Below, piece by piece: positions 37,366-45,975 of a DNA stretch of 64,000 nt. Each line of letters begins with the position of its first letter. The first letter of the stretch is position 1. Made by a program: the position numbers and the translations under genes. The notes beneath the pieces are model-generated. The model saw only the letters and a program-made list of their open reading frames with translations, was not told the DNA's origin and made no database searches. Source of the stretch: Candidatus Saccharimonadales bacterium (lineage in GTDB: Bacteria; Patescibacteriota; Saccharimonadia; Saccharimonadales; UBA4665); the NCBI GenBank assembly GCA_035278105.1, contig DATEJI010000108.1:142350-206349 (forward strand). Direction: 5' to 3'.

Positions 37366-38739
37366 TTAAGTATAGCTGAGCGGCGGATGCTCGTCTCTGG
37401 TAAGGTAGCGCAATATTTTGGCGATGGCCGCTCCGCCCAGATAAGAATAATTGTTGCTGCCTTTCGCCATGCCGCCCTCATATCCGAACCCTTCTTGGTG
37501 GAGACCAACCAGCACACCTTTTTGGACAAAAAATTGATCGTCATAGAGGGCGCTTCGTGCCTGGCCGAGACGATCTCCGTACTTGCCATGCGCTACGCTC
37601 TCCAACATGGCCTTGTGTTCAGCCGTGAGGGTGGATGTGTACCGCACATCGACAAGTGGTGTGGAGAGTCCGTCTGGTTCTGCTTTTTCTAGCACGGTTA
37701 TAGCCAGCGTAACTGCGCGGCCATCTATCTCGCCTTCGGTAGTATGCACGATCGGTGTGCCGTTCCATCCGCGGTCTGCTAAAAAGCGGCGGGTATCACG
37801 CAAAAAAACCTGGCCATACATGGCAGAATTTCTAACTTCCTCAGGTGTTGGACTACGAAGCTCGAGCGCGCTGCTCTGGTGATCTGTAACGGCACTGCTC
37901 AGATGCTCGAGGCAAAACCGACGCGGCTCAGCCTGTGCGAGCATCCCGGTTATATAGTCGGCCTCGGCAGCGCCAATCAGTTTCCAGTCACCTACAGGAG
38001 CGTTCTGTGTGTCAGATTCAATTGAATATCCGTGGTCATATAGATTGAGAACCGACAAACCTTTTCTTTTTTCCTCATACTCCTTATTATTGACCTTGAA
38101 GACACCTCCGTCAGGAGAGCGAGCATATTGCCGGGAATCGAGCAGCTCTTTGGCAGTTGGATTCACGAAGCCGGCCGAAATAAGGTCATAACCACCCTTT
38201 TTTGCCACTACAAAATAGACCATTCCTTGTTCTGTCTCATGCTGGAGGAGTACTAACGATGCACTCTCAACGCCGTCAGGTCCAATCTGTATTCCTGTCT
38301 CCAGATACTCGTCAAATCGTTCCAGAGAGCTTCTAACGCTCGTCTGCACAGATCGGCTTGCCGCTGGCAGCTCGCCATTTGAGGGCACATAGCCGTCGAA
38401 ACGGGCGACGCCGAACGGTTCCGGTTCGTCGCCAGCGGCTTCGCGGGGGTAGTCGGTGCCGGTGGGCGGGACAACACCACCGAAGTCAGTTATTGGCGCA
38501 GCTTCAGCGGGCACATCGGTAATCGAAAATACATTCGAGGCAGACCCATCGGCCACTGGTCGCGTTTCACGCGGACCGCGGCTGGCTGGAATGGGGAAAC
38601 CAGTCGCAGCTTGCGCATACGGCGGGAGCTCCTCGTATCCATCGACATACTCAGACGGCACTAGCGAGGATTCCAAATACGCCTGAAATTCTTGCGGCGG
38701 AAAATTGCCAGGCTCTGGGCGGAACGGTACTTCTCGCAT
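37366..38739 (-). CDS. Orphan acidic protein (family C, copy 2)
   Basis: PFGVARF, GAAEADYI, KILRYLTRD. Confidence 0.75.
   Translation of the reverse strand: MREVPFRPEPGNFPPQEFQAYLESSLVPSEYVDGYEELPPYAQAATGFPIPASRGPRETRPVADGSASNVFSITDVPAEAAPITDFGGVVPPTGTDYPREAAGDEPEPFGVARFDGYVPSNGELPAASRSVQTSVRSSLERFDEYLETGIQIGPDGVESASLVLLQHETEQGMVYFVVAKKGGYDLISAGFVNPTAKELLDSRQYARSPDGGVFKVNNKEYEEKRKGLSVLNLYDHGYSIESDTQNAPVGDWKLIGAAEADYITGMLAQAEPRRFCLEHLSSAVTDHQSSALELRSPTPEEVRNSAMYGQVFLRDTRRFLADRGWNGTPIVHTTEGEIDGRAVTLAITVLEKAEPDGLSTPLVDVRYTSTLTAEHKAMLESVAHGKYGDRLGQARSALYDDQFFVQKGVLVGLHQEGFGYEGGMAKGSNNYSYLGGAAIAKILRYLTRDEHPPLSYT
38407..38499. repeat. Second copy of the shared segment
   Basis: See 36978-37072. 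Confidence 0.8.
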
Positions 38740-38792
38740 GTCGACTATAGTACTACGAATCGGCTCGCTACCAAAAACAGCAGCACTAGGCT

Positions 38793-39917
38793 TTACGCGT
38801 CTACCGGAGGAGTTTCCTCGCCGCCGGAAAGTGCACGAAGCGCGATGTGGCGAGCAATGCGTGCGTCTGTGTCAGTGCAGAGGACGTCACTTTGTTCTAC
38901 GCCGTATAGTGTGCCGGCTGCATCAGTAAATCCTTCGGTGGCGATGCAGTGCAGTCGGTCATCAACAGGCTGATATACATACTGAGAAACCATTTCGTGC
39001 AAGGTTACGCCCGGCACGTGGGGCGCGACGTTGGCAGCGAACCATCTTTCGTCACGCTCGGACGGCGTGCGCTCATCACGCAACACAATTGTTGGGCGTG
39101 CCTCTCTTACGCTTGTCTTCTGGTCGCGGAAGACTTCGTGGCCGACGTCTGCGACTAAGCGCCCAGCCGGTTGCTGTACTGCCCCTTCTATCTCTGGATT
39201 ATCGCCCAACATCCTCGTAACGTCGCTGGCTAGCAGCTCTGCGCCACGCGCCGAAGCACGATAGAAACTCTCCGGCCGCTCTCCCATGCTTCGTAACGTG
39301 CCAAGCCTATTGGTAGCATCTTGCATGCGGAACTGCATCGGGCCGGCATCTTGCGTTACATCGGTAACATATTCCATTTCGGCCGGGCCTACAGGAGTGC
39401 CCAAGATTTCGGTCACGCCAACTGGCTCGCCCAGTAGGCCATCACCGTGGCTACGACCGAGCATTGATGCAACGACAACATGTGCGGCTGTCGCGTGTCG
39501 CGCATCGTACAGGCTGCTGCTTTCTCTTGCGTCAACTGCATAACGAAGATAACCACCTCCAGCTTCTTCGGATCGTCTTACATAATCGTAGGTTCGCTGG
39601 ATCGGATCCGCAGCACTAGCAAAGGTTGCACGGACTATCTGTGCGTCAGCTCCAACAGCCATGTTGAGGTCTACTCGACCGGCATTGCTGTCGTGCTGCA
39701 ATAAAACTACTTCCGCCTGGATTGTCTCTCCTGCCAGATTAAGTACATCGTGCACTGGTTCTGCATATGCAGCATGCTGAACAAAGGCGTCGGCTACGGC
39801 CCCCGTCAGGTTAGCGCTTGCCTGCTGCATTTCTATGGAATCGAGAGGCGGTACTATTGCCTCTCTAAAACGTTCGACGCCGAATGGGTCTGGTAGCTGA
39901 TTGGGTATTTCTTGCAT
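38793..39917 (-). CDS. Orphan acidic protein (family C, copy 3)
   Basis: PFGVERF, QRTYDY, GPAEMEYV; start placed at MQEIP (alternative 39926). Confidence 0.72.
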   Translation of the reverse strand: MQEIPNQLPDPFGVERFREAIVPPLDSIEMQQASANLTGAVADAFVQHAAYAEPVHDVLNLAGETIQAEVVLLQHDSNAGRVDLNMAVGADAQIVRATFASAADPIQRTYDYVRRSEEAGGGYLRYAVDARESSSLYDARHATAAHVVVASMLGRSHGDGLLGEPVGVTEILGTPVGPAEMEYVTDVTQDAGPMQFRMQDATNRLGTLRSMGERPESFYRASARGAELLASDVTRMLGDNPEIEGAVQQPAGRLVADVGHEVFRDQKTSVREARPTIVLRDERTPSERDERWFAANVAPHVPGVTLHEMVSQYVYQPVDDRLHCIATEGFTDAAGTLYGVEQSDVLCTDTDARIARHIALRALSGGEETPPVDA

Positions 39918-39992
39918 ACGTACCATGATAATACGTATAACGATACGCGCAACCACATTCTGCCAAACTCGCTGGTAGAGTATACTTGAAGC

Positions 39993-41327
39993 ATGAGCGA
40001 TTCTGCCACTTTGTTTGCGCGTGCAAAAGACGTTCTCATCCAAAACGACCGAGGTCTCTATACCATCCCCGCCCAAGGACTCTATCCGCACCAGTGGCTG
40101 TGGGATAGCTGTTTTATCGCTATTGGCATCCGGCATTATGACATCGAACGCGCCAAGATGGAGCTGCTCAGCCTGCTGCGTGGCCAGTGGAGCAACGGCA
40201 TGGTGCCGCACATGATTCTGGCCAATAACGCCAAAGAGTATCACGACAACGGCATCTGGCGAAGCCACATTAGCCCGTTCGCGCCCGACGGTGTAAAAAC
40301 GAGTGGCATTACCCAGCCGCCAATGCTGGCCGAAGCGGTGGTACGCATTGGTGAGTTATTGCCGGTGGTGGAACGCCGGAGTTGGTACCGCCAGATTTTC
40401 CCCGCGCTGTTAGCCTATCATCAATGGTTATATGCTGAGCGCGATCCGCACGGCGAAGGCTTGGTGCTGCAAATTCACCCCTGGGAAACCGGCTTGGACG
40501 ACACGCCGCCTTGGATGAGCGAGATGCACCAGCACCTGCTGCCGGGTTGGATTCGCTTTGCGCACAATAGCAAGCTCGATAACATCATCGGCTTGTTTCG
40601 CCGCGATACGCGGTTTGTGCACCGCGACCAGCGCCACTCTAATGTCGATGCGCTGGCGCTGTACGACGCGCAACGGCGCCTCAGGCGCAAGGCGTACGAC
40701 ATCAACAAAATTCTCGATCATTCGCTGTTTGCCATCGAAGATCTGGCGTTCAACAGCATTCTTATCCGCGCCAACGAACACCTTTTGCACATCGCAGCCA
40801 GCATCCGGGCTGATGTACCCGAAGCGCTGCAAAAACGCATGCAACTGGGCATCAAGACGTTCCAGGAGCTGTGGGATCCGTACACCGAAACGTATTATCC
40901 GCGCGATTTTGTGACGCACCGGCTACTTAAAGAGCCGAGCATTGAGTGCTTACTGGCGTTATACTCCGGTGTTATTCCCAAGGAGCGTGCCGCGCTGCTG
41001 GTTACTAGCATCGAGAACGAGCACGTCTTTGGGCCGGCATTCCCGATACCAAGTACGCCGCTTAACTCGCCCTGGTTCGATCCGGTACGCTATTGGCAAG
41101 GCCCGACGTGGTTCAACACCAACTGGCTCATTATCGAAGGCCTCAAGCGATATGGGTTCCGTGAGCACGCCGAGGCGCTTATCGAAAGCATGCTTGAGTT
41201 GGTGCAGGAGCACGGCTTTTGGGAATATTACAACCCGCTTGACGGCCAGCCCCTGGGCGCGGCCAATTTTAGCTGGACAGCGGCGCTGACAATTGATGTA
41301 CTATCTCAGATGAAACGGACTGCATAA
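39993..41327 (+). CDS. GH63/MGH1-like glycoside hydrolase (glucosylglycerate/mannosylglycerate hydrolase-like)
   Basis: YPHQWLWDSCF, WETGLDD, YWQGPTWFNTNW, EYYNP, FSWTAAL; TATACT-N6-ATG. Confidence 0.85.
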   Translation: MSDSATLFARAKDVLIQNDRGLYTIPAQGLYPHQWLWDSCFIAIGIRHYDIERAKMELLSLLRGQWSNGMVPHMILANNAKEYHDNGIWRSHISPFAPDGVKTSGITQPPMLAEAVVRIGELLPVVERRSWYRQIFPALLAYHQWLYAERDPHGEGLVLQIHPWETGLDDTPPWMSEMHQHLLPGWIRFAHNSKLDNIIGLFRRDTRFVHRDQRHSNVDALALYDAQRRLRRKAYDINKILDHSLFAIEDLAFNSILIRANEHLLHIAASIRADVPEALQKRMQLGIKTFQELWDPYTETYYPRDFVTHRLLKEPSIECLLALYSGVIPKERAALLVTSIENEHVFGPAFPIPSTPLNSPWFDPVRYWQGPTWFNTNWLIIEGLKRYGFREHAEALIESMLELVQEHGFWEYYNPLDGQPLGAANFSWTAALTIDVLSQMKRTA

Positions 41328-41329
41328 GT

Positions 41330-42217
41330 ATGTACCGCGATCGGCGCTCACGCACATCTTCATATCAGTCGTCCATTCCATGGCAAAGGACTGCCGACGC
41401 GGTCAACGGCCGGCGCGCTGGTAAGATACTGCTTCGTGCTGGCTTGCTTGTAGCCGCGGCCGTCTTGTTGCTCGGTGGTGGCATAGTAATGGTGAGCTGG
41501 CGACGAGGCGAGCCGCATAGCCCCGCAAAGGGCTCGGGCCAAACAGCGAGTCAGACAAATGGCACAGGAGCAGGCGCGACCTCGCAACCGGCGGGCTTTA
41601 ACAAACAGCAGTACTCGCTAACCGACGCCTCCAGCCTGTGGGTTGTCGTCAACAAAAAGCGGCCGCTCAACCCGCTGCAATATGCGCCAGCGCATTTGGT
41701 GGTGCCGGATATTCCGCTACGCAGCAATATTACCGGCGACGAGCGGCAAGTCAGCAGCGTGATGGCGCCAGCACTCGAAACCATGGTACGCGCCGCCAGC
41801 ACAGAAGGCGTGCACCTCAATCTCCAGAGTGGCTACCGATCGTATGCCTTCCAGACAAATCTCTTTAACAGCTACGTCCAGCAATCTGGCCTAGCGGCAG
41901 CCGAGCAAGCCAGCGCGCGGCCTGGACATAGCGAACATCAAACCGGATTGGCAGCCGATCTCGGCGGTACCTCGCAGCCGGCTTGCAATGTGGCGGCTTG
42001 CTTTGCCGATACCGTGGAGGGCAAATGGCTGGTCGTCAACGCCTACAAGTACGGTTTCATCATCCGCTATCCTGCCGATAAAGTTGCCGTTACCGGCTAC
42101 GAGTATGAGCCCTGGCATGTCCGATACATCGGCACGGCGCTTTCGACCGAGATGCACGACCAAGGTGTCGAAACGCTCGAAGAATTCTTTGGCTTGGGCG
42201 CCGCACCCAGTTACTAG
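41330..42217 (+). CDS. Membrane-anchored D,D-carboxypeptidase, M15B/VanY family
   Basis: VNK, SGYRS, SARPGHSEHQTGLAAD, YEPWHVRY. Confidence 0.92.
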   Translation: MYRDRRSRTSSYQSSIPWQRTADAVNGRRAGKILLRAGLLVAAAVLLLGGGIVMVSWRRGEPHSPAKGSGQTASQTNGTGAGATSQPAGFNKQQYSLTDASSLWVVVNKKRPLNPLQYAPAHLVVPDIPLRSNITGDERQVSSVMAPALETMVRAASTEGVHLNLQSGYRSYAFQTNLFNSYVQQSGLAAAEQASARPGHSEHQTGLAADLGGTSQPACNVAACFADTVEGKWLVVNAYKYGFIIRYPADKVAVTGYEYEPWHVRYIGTALSTEMHDQGVETLEEFFGLGAAPSY

Positions 42218-42218
42218 T

Positions 42219-42683
42219 TTAGGAACACTCTGGCACGCTCGAACCGTCGCCGCTGAGCTCGACATAGGCGAGGTTAATCAGCCAATCCGTGCCGGCAAGA
42301 TGCGCCCATCGATTGTCAGACACACCTACACTTCTTGGCAGCGCCGTGTCAAGCGTGCCGTCTATGCTGATGGTCGGGCCGCTTACATAACACGTCAACT
42401 CCACTGTATCACCTTCGTAGTAGGTGCCTGCGACGCCCATGGTCCGTAAGTCGGTGTAAGCATGGACAGGAAGCGGATTGTAGGAGCGGTCGAGGGCGTT
42501 TACGATGGTCCCACTCGGTTGATCGGCGGCCTGAGGTGTCGCCAGCGGTGCATCCGATCCAAACGGATTTTTGAAATGCGGGTGCTCAAGGCCACACCCA
42601 GTGATGCTCAGCGCAGCCGCGCTACACAAAGCAATACCAAGCCCAGCACGCTCCACTGATGTTCGGCTCATGTTCAACTCCAT
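42219..42683 (-). CDS. Exported protein with a lipobox-like motif and an SH3-like C-terminus
   Basis: Hydrophobic stretch ending in ITGC; C-terminal TCYVSG...RWAHL...INLAYV; TTGACA-N16-TATTCT-N6-ATG. Confidence 0.6.
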   Translation of the reverse strand: MELNMSRTSVERAGLGIALCSAAALSITGCGLEHPHFKNPFGSDAPLATPQAADQPSGTIVNALDRSYNPLPVHAYTDLRTMGVAGTYYEGDTVELTCYVSGPTISIDGTLDTALPRSVGVSDNRWAHLAGTDWLINLAYVELSGDGSSVPECS

Positions 42684-42762
42684 CTGCCTAGAATACCGTA
42701 CTGGCTGATGATGTCAATGAGCCTTTTTGTGGGGAGGTTCTTCGCAGTACAAGCTGAATGAC

Positions 42763-42869
42763 TGACCGGGTTCGGCCATTGCTCCAAAGAGGGTCAGGCG
42801 TAGTGCAACCCGAGGACATATGTCCTCGGCGTGTAACGCACTCTTTGGAGCAATGGTCGAACCCGGTCA
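42763..42869. repeat. 107-nt hairpin: 29-bp inverted repeat with an inner 20-bp perfect palindrome
   Basis: Arms 42763-42791/42841-42869 (one G-T pair); CCGAGGACATATGTCCTCGG at 42810-42829. Confidence 0.9.
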
Positions 42870-42873
42870 AACC

Positions 42874-43965
42874 TTATTCTTCCAGCGACGGCTTGTCCAG
42901 CAGCAGCGGTTCCACTCCCGGTGATGTATGCGCGATCTTCACTACGTCTTTGTCAACTTTTTTGAGTTCCTTGTGCGCATTATTAAAATGATTTACCGTG
43001 GTGCCCAACGAGCCGCCCAGTTTTTGCATAAATTGCTCGTATGTCGTCAGGTGGCGGCCAAGTTCGCCAACGCGCTGCTGAATCTCTTTGGCTTGCTCTT
43101 CTATCTGCAAGCTGCGCAGGCCTTGGAGCACGGTTTGCAAATAGGCCATAAAGGTGGTGGGGCTGACGATAATAACGCTCTTGTCGCGAAACGCGTACTC
43201 AATAAGATCGCGCGCGCTCGTGTTCGTCGCGCCAACTTTGTTCACTAGCAGGTCATAATAAATCGCCTCACTGGGGATGAACATAAAGGCATAATCCATA
43301 GTGCCCTCTTTGGGTCGGATATATTTGCTGGTTTCGTCGATGCGATTTTTCAGATCGGCCTTAAAGGCTTTGGCGTGCACGTCGCGCTGCGTTTTGTCGG
43401 TTTCTTCGAGCAGTCGGTTGTAATTCTCAAGGCTAAACTTGCTATCTACCGGCAGCATCTTCCCTTTATCGAGCACGACTACGGCATCGCAAATAAGATC
43501 GCGCCCTTGTTCGTCTTTGCCGAGCCTGTATTGCAACTTGAATCGCTCCGGCGGCAGTACGTTTTCGAGCACTTGGCTGAGGTAATACTCGCCCAGCACG
43601 CCGCGCTGCTTAGGGTTTTGTAACACATTTTGCAAGGTTTTAAGCTCGTCTGCGACGTTAACCACACGCTTGTTTGTCTCGTCGAGCTTTGTCAAACGTT
43701 CAGTAACATCTGATATGAGCTTGCTGCTTTCGCTGAACTGCTTCTGGATAGAGCCCATCATAAGCTGCTGGTTTTTATCCAGCCGGTCGGTAAGTTGCGC
43801 ATGCAGCCCATCTTTTAGCTTGATAATATCCTGGCTAAGCTGCGTTAAGTCCTGCTTGAGTAGCAGCGCGCTGTTCGCATCCGCCGCCGGTGCACCCCAC
43901 CGACGCACCAAGAGTATCCCCAGCACCACACACATCACCCCTAAAACAATCACCGCCGCAATCAT
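42874..43965 (-). CDS. rmuC: DNA recombination protein RmuC
   Basis: N-terminal TM and coiled coil; KQRGVLGE, VDSKF, FMFIPSE, SPTTFMAYL. Confidence 0.93.
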   Translation of the reverse strand: MIAAVIVLGVMCVVLGILLVRRWGAPAADANSALLLKQDLTQLSQDIIKLKDGLHAQLTDRLDKNQQLMMGSIQKQFSESSKLISDVTERLTKLDETNKRVVNVADELKTLQNVLQNPKQRGVLGEYYLSQVLENVLPPERFKLQYRLGKDEQGRDLICDAVVVLDKGKMLPVDSKFSLENYNRLLEETDKTQRDVHAKAFKADLKNRIDETSKYIRPKEGTMDYAFMFIPSEAIYYDLLVNKVGATNTSARDLIEYAFRDKSVIIVSPTTFMAYLQTVLQGLRSLQIEEQAKEIQQRVGELGRHLTTYEQFMQKLGGSLGTTVNHFNNAHKELKKVDKDVVKIAHTSPGVEPLLLDKPSLEE

Positions 43966-43998
43966 CGTGTACCTATTGTACGCGCTTTTGGTTTAATC

Positions 43999-44085
43999 TG
44001 GTAGGCTTCTACGCGGTGACCATACCTTCACAACACGTAAGACTCGGCACTTCTTGAGGCGTGGGTGTTATAGGAGATAGTCGCG
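43999..44085. ncRNA. Dispersed structured element, copy 2
   Basis: Homologous to 33789-33870; AACAC/GTGTT helix where copy 1 has GCAC/GTGC. Confidence 0.6.
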
Positions 44086-44130
44086 CCTTCTAAGCAGTCG
44101 CATAATTTTCTCTCTAAAAATAGCAGCCGC

Positions 44131-44220
44131 CGAACAGCAATCATTATTTTGACGTGCTCAAACACCTCAAGGGCGTTGCGCCTTGAGAACTGCGCGCGAC
44201 AAAATAATGATTGCTGTTCG
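44131..44220. repeat. 90-nt hairpin: perfect 21-bp inverted repeat with an inner stem
   Basis: CGAACAGCAATCATTATTTTG 44131-44151 / CAAAATAATGATTGCTGTTCG 44200-44220; inner CTCAA-G-GGCG-TTG-CGCC-TTGAG. Confidence 0.9.
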
Positions 44221-44257
44221 ACTGCATACGGCCTTACCGTATCATACTAACGACCGG

Positions 44258-45034
44258 CTAAAACACCTGCAGCGATTTGACGACATCCATCCCTTGATCG
44301 TACACCGTACTCTCGGCGTTAGCCTTCGGAACGCCGTCAAACCCCAACGCATCCCCACCATCACTCCCGTATCCGCCTGCAATAATATACGTCGTCCCCG
44401 TCAGATCAATCCCCGTGCCAAACGCCGCGCCCGCTTTATACGCGTTATCGCCCGTCACCATAAAGAAGTTGAACACGTTCGGATTCGCGCCCGCGAACGA
44501 CACATTAGTATACTGCCGCTGCTGATCGGTTGGCTGGCTATAGGCAATGATGGTTGAATCCTCAGCGGCCACGGATTTGGTGATAGTGGTTTGCATTGCC
44601 GCCGGTACGTCCTCGCGAATTTTTACGGTGAATGGTCCGGTTGCCGAGGTGCCGCCCACCTTTTGGTACGTGGTGCTGGGTGAGCTCAGGATGATCTCGC
44701 TCTTGTCGGCCGACTCCTTCAGCGTCCAATCGCGGCGATACGTCACCTGCACGTTTAGCTTTGCGCTCTTGTATGTTTGGAGTGTAGCCGCTTGGGCCGG
44801 TGTCAGCGCGGGCGTTTGCGTCTGTGTGGCGTGGCGTGCCGGCGCAGGCGCCGCCTTCGGCTTATGAAACACGAACAACCACAGCGCCACGGCCGTAGCC
44901 GCTAGCGCCACAGCAATTGCGAGTATCAGCAACCACCACCTCTTAAAACTCGGCCGCTTTGCGCCGACATATGGATAATGCGGCGGCTGATACGTTGGCT
45001 CGACATCTTTGGCATTTATCGGTTGCTGATCCAT
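44258..45034 (-). CDS. Single-pass membrane protein with an extracellular domain
   Basis: KRWWLLILAIAVALAATAVALWLF TM then a Thr/Ala-rich linker; start at MDQQP. Confidence 0.75.
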   Translation of the reverse strand: MDQQPINAKDVEPTYQPPHYPYVGAKRPSFKRWWLLILAIAVALAATAVALWLFVFHKPKAAPAPARHATQTQTPALTPAQAATLQTYKSAKLNVQVTYRRDWTLKESADKSEIILSSPSTTYQKVGGTSATGPFTVKIREDVPAAMQTTITKSVAAEDSTIIAYSQPTDQQRQYTNVSFAGANPNVFNFFMVTGDNAYKAGAAFGTGIDLTGTTYIIAGGYGSDGGDALGFDGVPKANAESTVYDQGMDVVKSLQVF

Positions 45035-45177
45035 AGATACCTCTGCAAGCAGTGTACACCTTATGCCGAGAACCGTACAACCAACCAAAAGACCCGAGCG
45101 TATCGCCCAGGTCTATAGGAAGCCTCACACTTCCGTACTTTCATAATAGTCCGGCTTGCACATAAGCGCAAGCTTTT

Positions 45178-45945
45178 TTAATCGAGCCGGAAAAAATCAC
45201 GCACCCCTGTGGGCAGGACGCGCATCGCGCCAACCACCATCAGGCCGATGGCAAAACCGCCAACCACATCGAGCGGCTCGTGCACACCTAAATAGATACG
45301 CGACAGCGCCATCAGCGGAATAAGCAACAGCGTTAGCCACCGCCAACCGCGCGGTAGATACGGCCACATCGTCAGTAGGATGACGGTTATAATCATGGTG
45401 TGGCCCGACGGAAACCCATTGCCAGTCTCGTGGATGCGGACATGCACCTGCTGCACTAGCTCGTAAGGGCGCGGCCGAGCGATCAACTGCTTGCCCAGCT
45501 CGGCTACGGCGTATCCGCCAATGGTCGCTACTGCCGACTGCCATACTAACCGATACAACTTCAACAAAAAAGTCACAGCTACGGCGGCTACGGCGATCCA
45601 AAGACTTTCGGGCACAATCGTTGCCACGCGCATTGGTATGCGCAGACTTTCAGGCCAATCGTTGATAGTACGAAAGAGGTGCAGCTCCCAGCCCACAAGC
45701 GTGCGATGATGCGCCAGCAGCGCCGTCACCGCAAACAGCACAACACCGAGCACCAGCGCGCCCGCCCACGACCAGCGGTTGTACGACTGCCTATGCGGCG
45801 GCGCAGGATCTTTGGCGTCGTCCCGTTTTGGCGCCTTTTGCGCGGGCGCAGGATCTGGTTTTTCTGGCAGCGCCTGCTTTGTGCGGGTTTTTTGGTTAAC
45901 AACAACCGGCTTGGTGAGTTGCCGACGTGGTTTTGCGGTGGTCAT
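45178..45945 (-). CDS. PAP2-family phosphatase (undecaprenyl-PP phosphatase-like)
   Basis: KxxxxRPRP, FPSGH, SRIYLGVH. Confidence 0.9.
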   Translation of the reverse strand: MTTAKPRRQLTKPVVVNQKTRTKQALPEKPDPAPAQKAPKRDDAKDPAPPHRQSYNRWSWAGALVLGVVLFAVTALLAHHRTLVGWELHLFRTINDWPESLRIPMRVATIVPESLWIAVAAVAVTFLLKLYRLVWQSAVATIGGYAVAELGKQLIARPRPYELVQQVHVRIHETGNGFPSGHTMIITVILLTMWPYLPRGWRWLTLLLIPLMALSRIYLGVHEPLDVVGGFAIGLMVVGAMRVLPTGVRDFFRLD

Positions 45946-45975
45946 TCGTGTTAGTATACCACTTCATTCTTCAAC

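Noticed and set aside
39927-40268. N-terminal extension of the 491-aa ORF 38793-40268
   Set aside because: Overlaps the GH63 gene antisense; paralog similarity begins only at PDPFGVERF.
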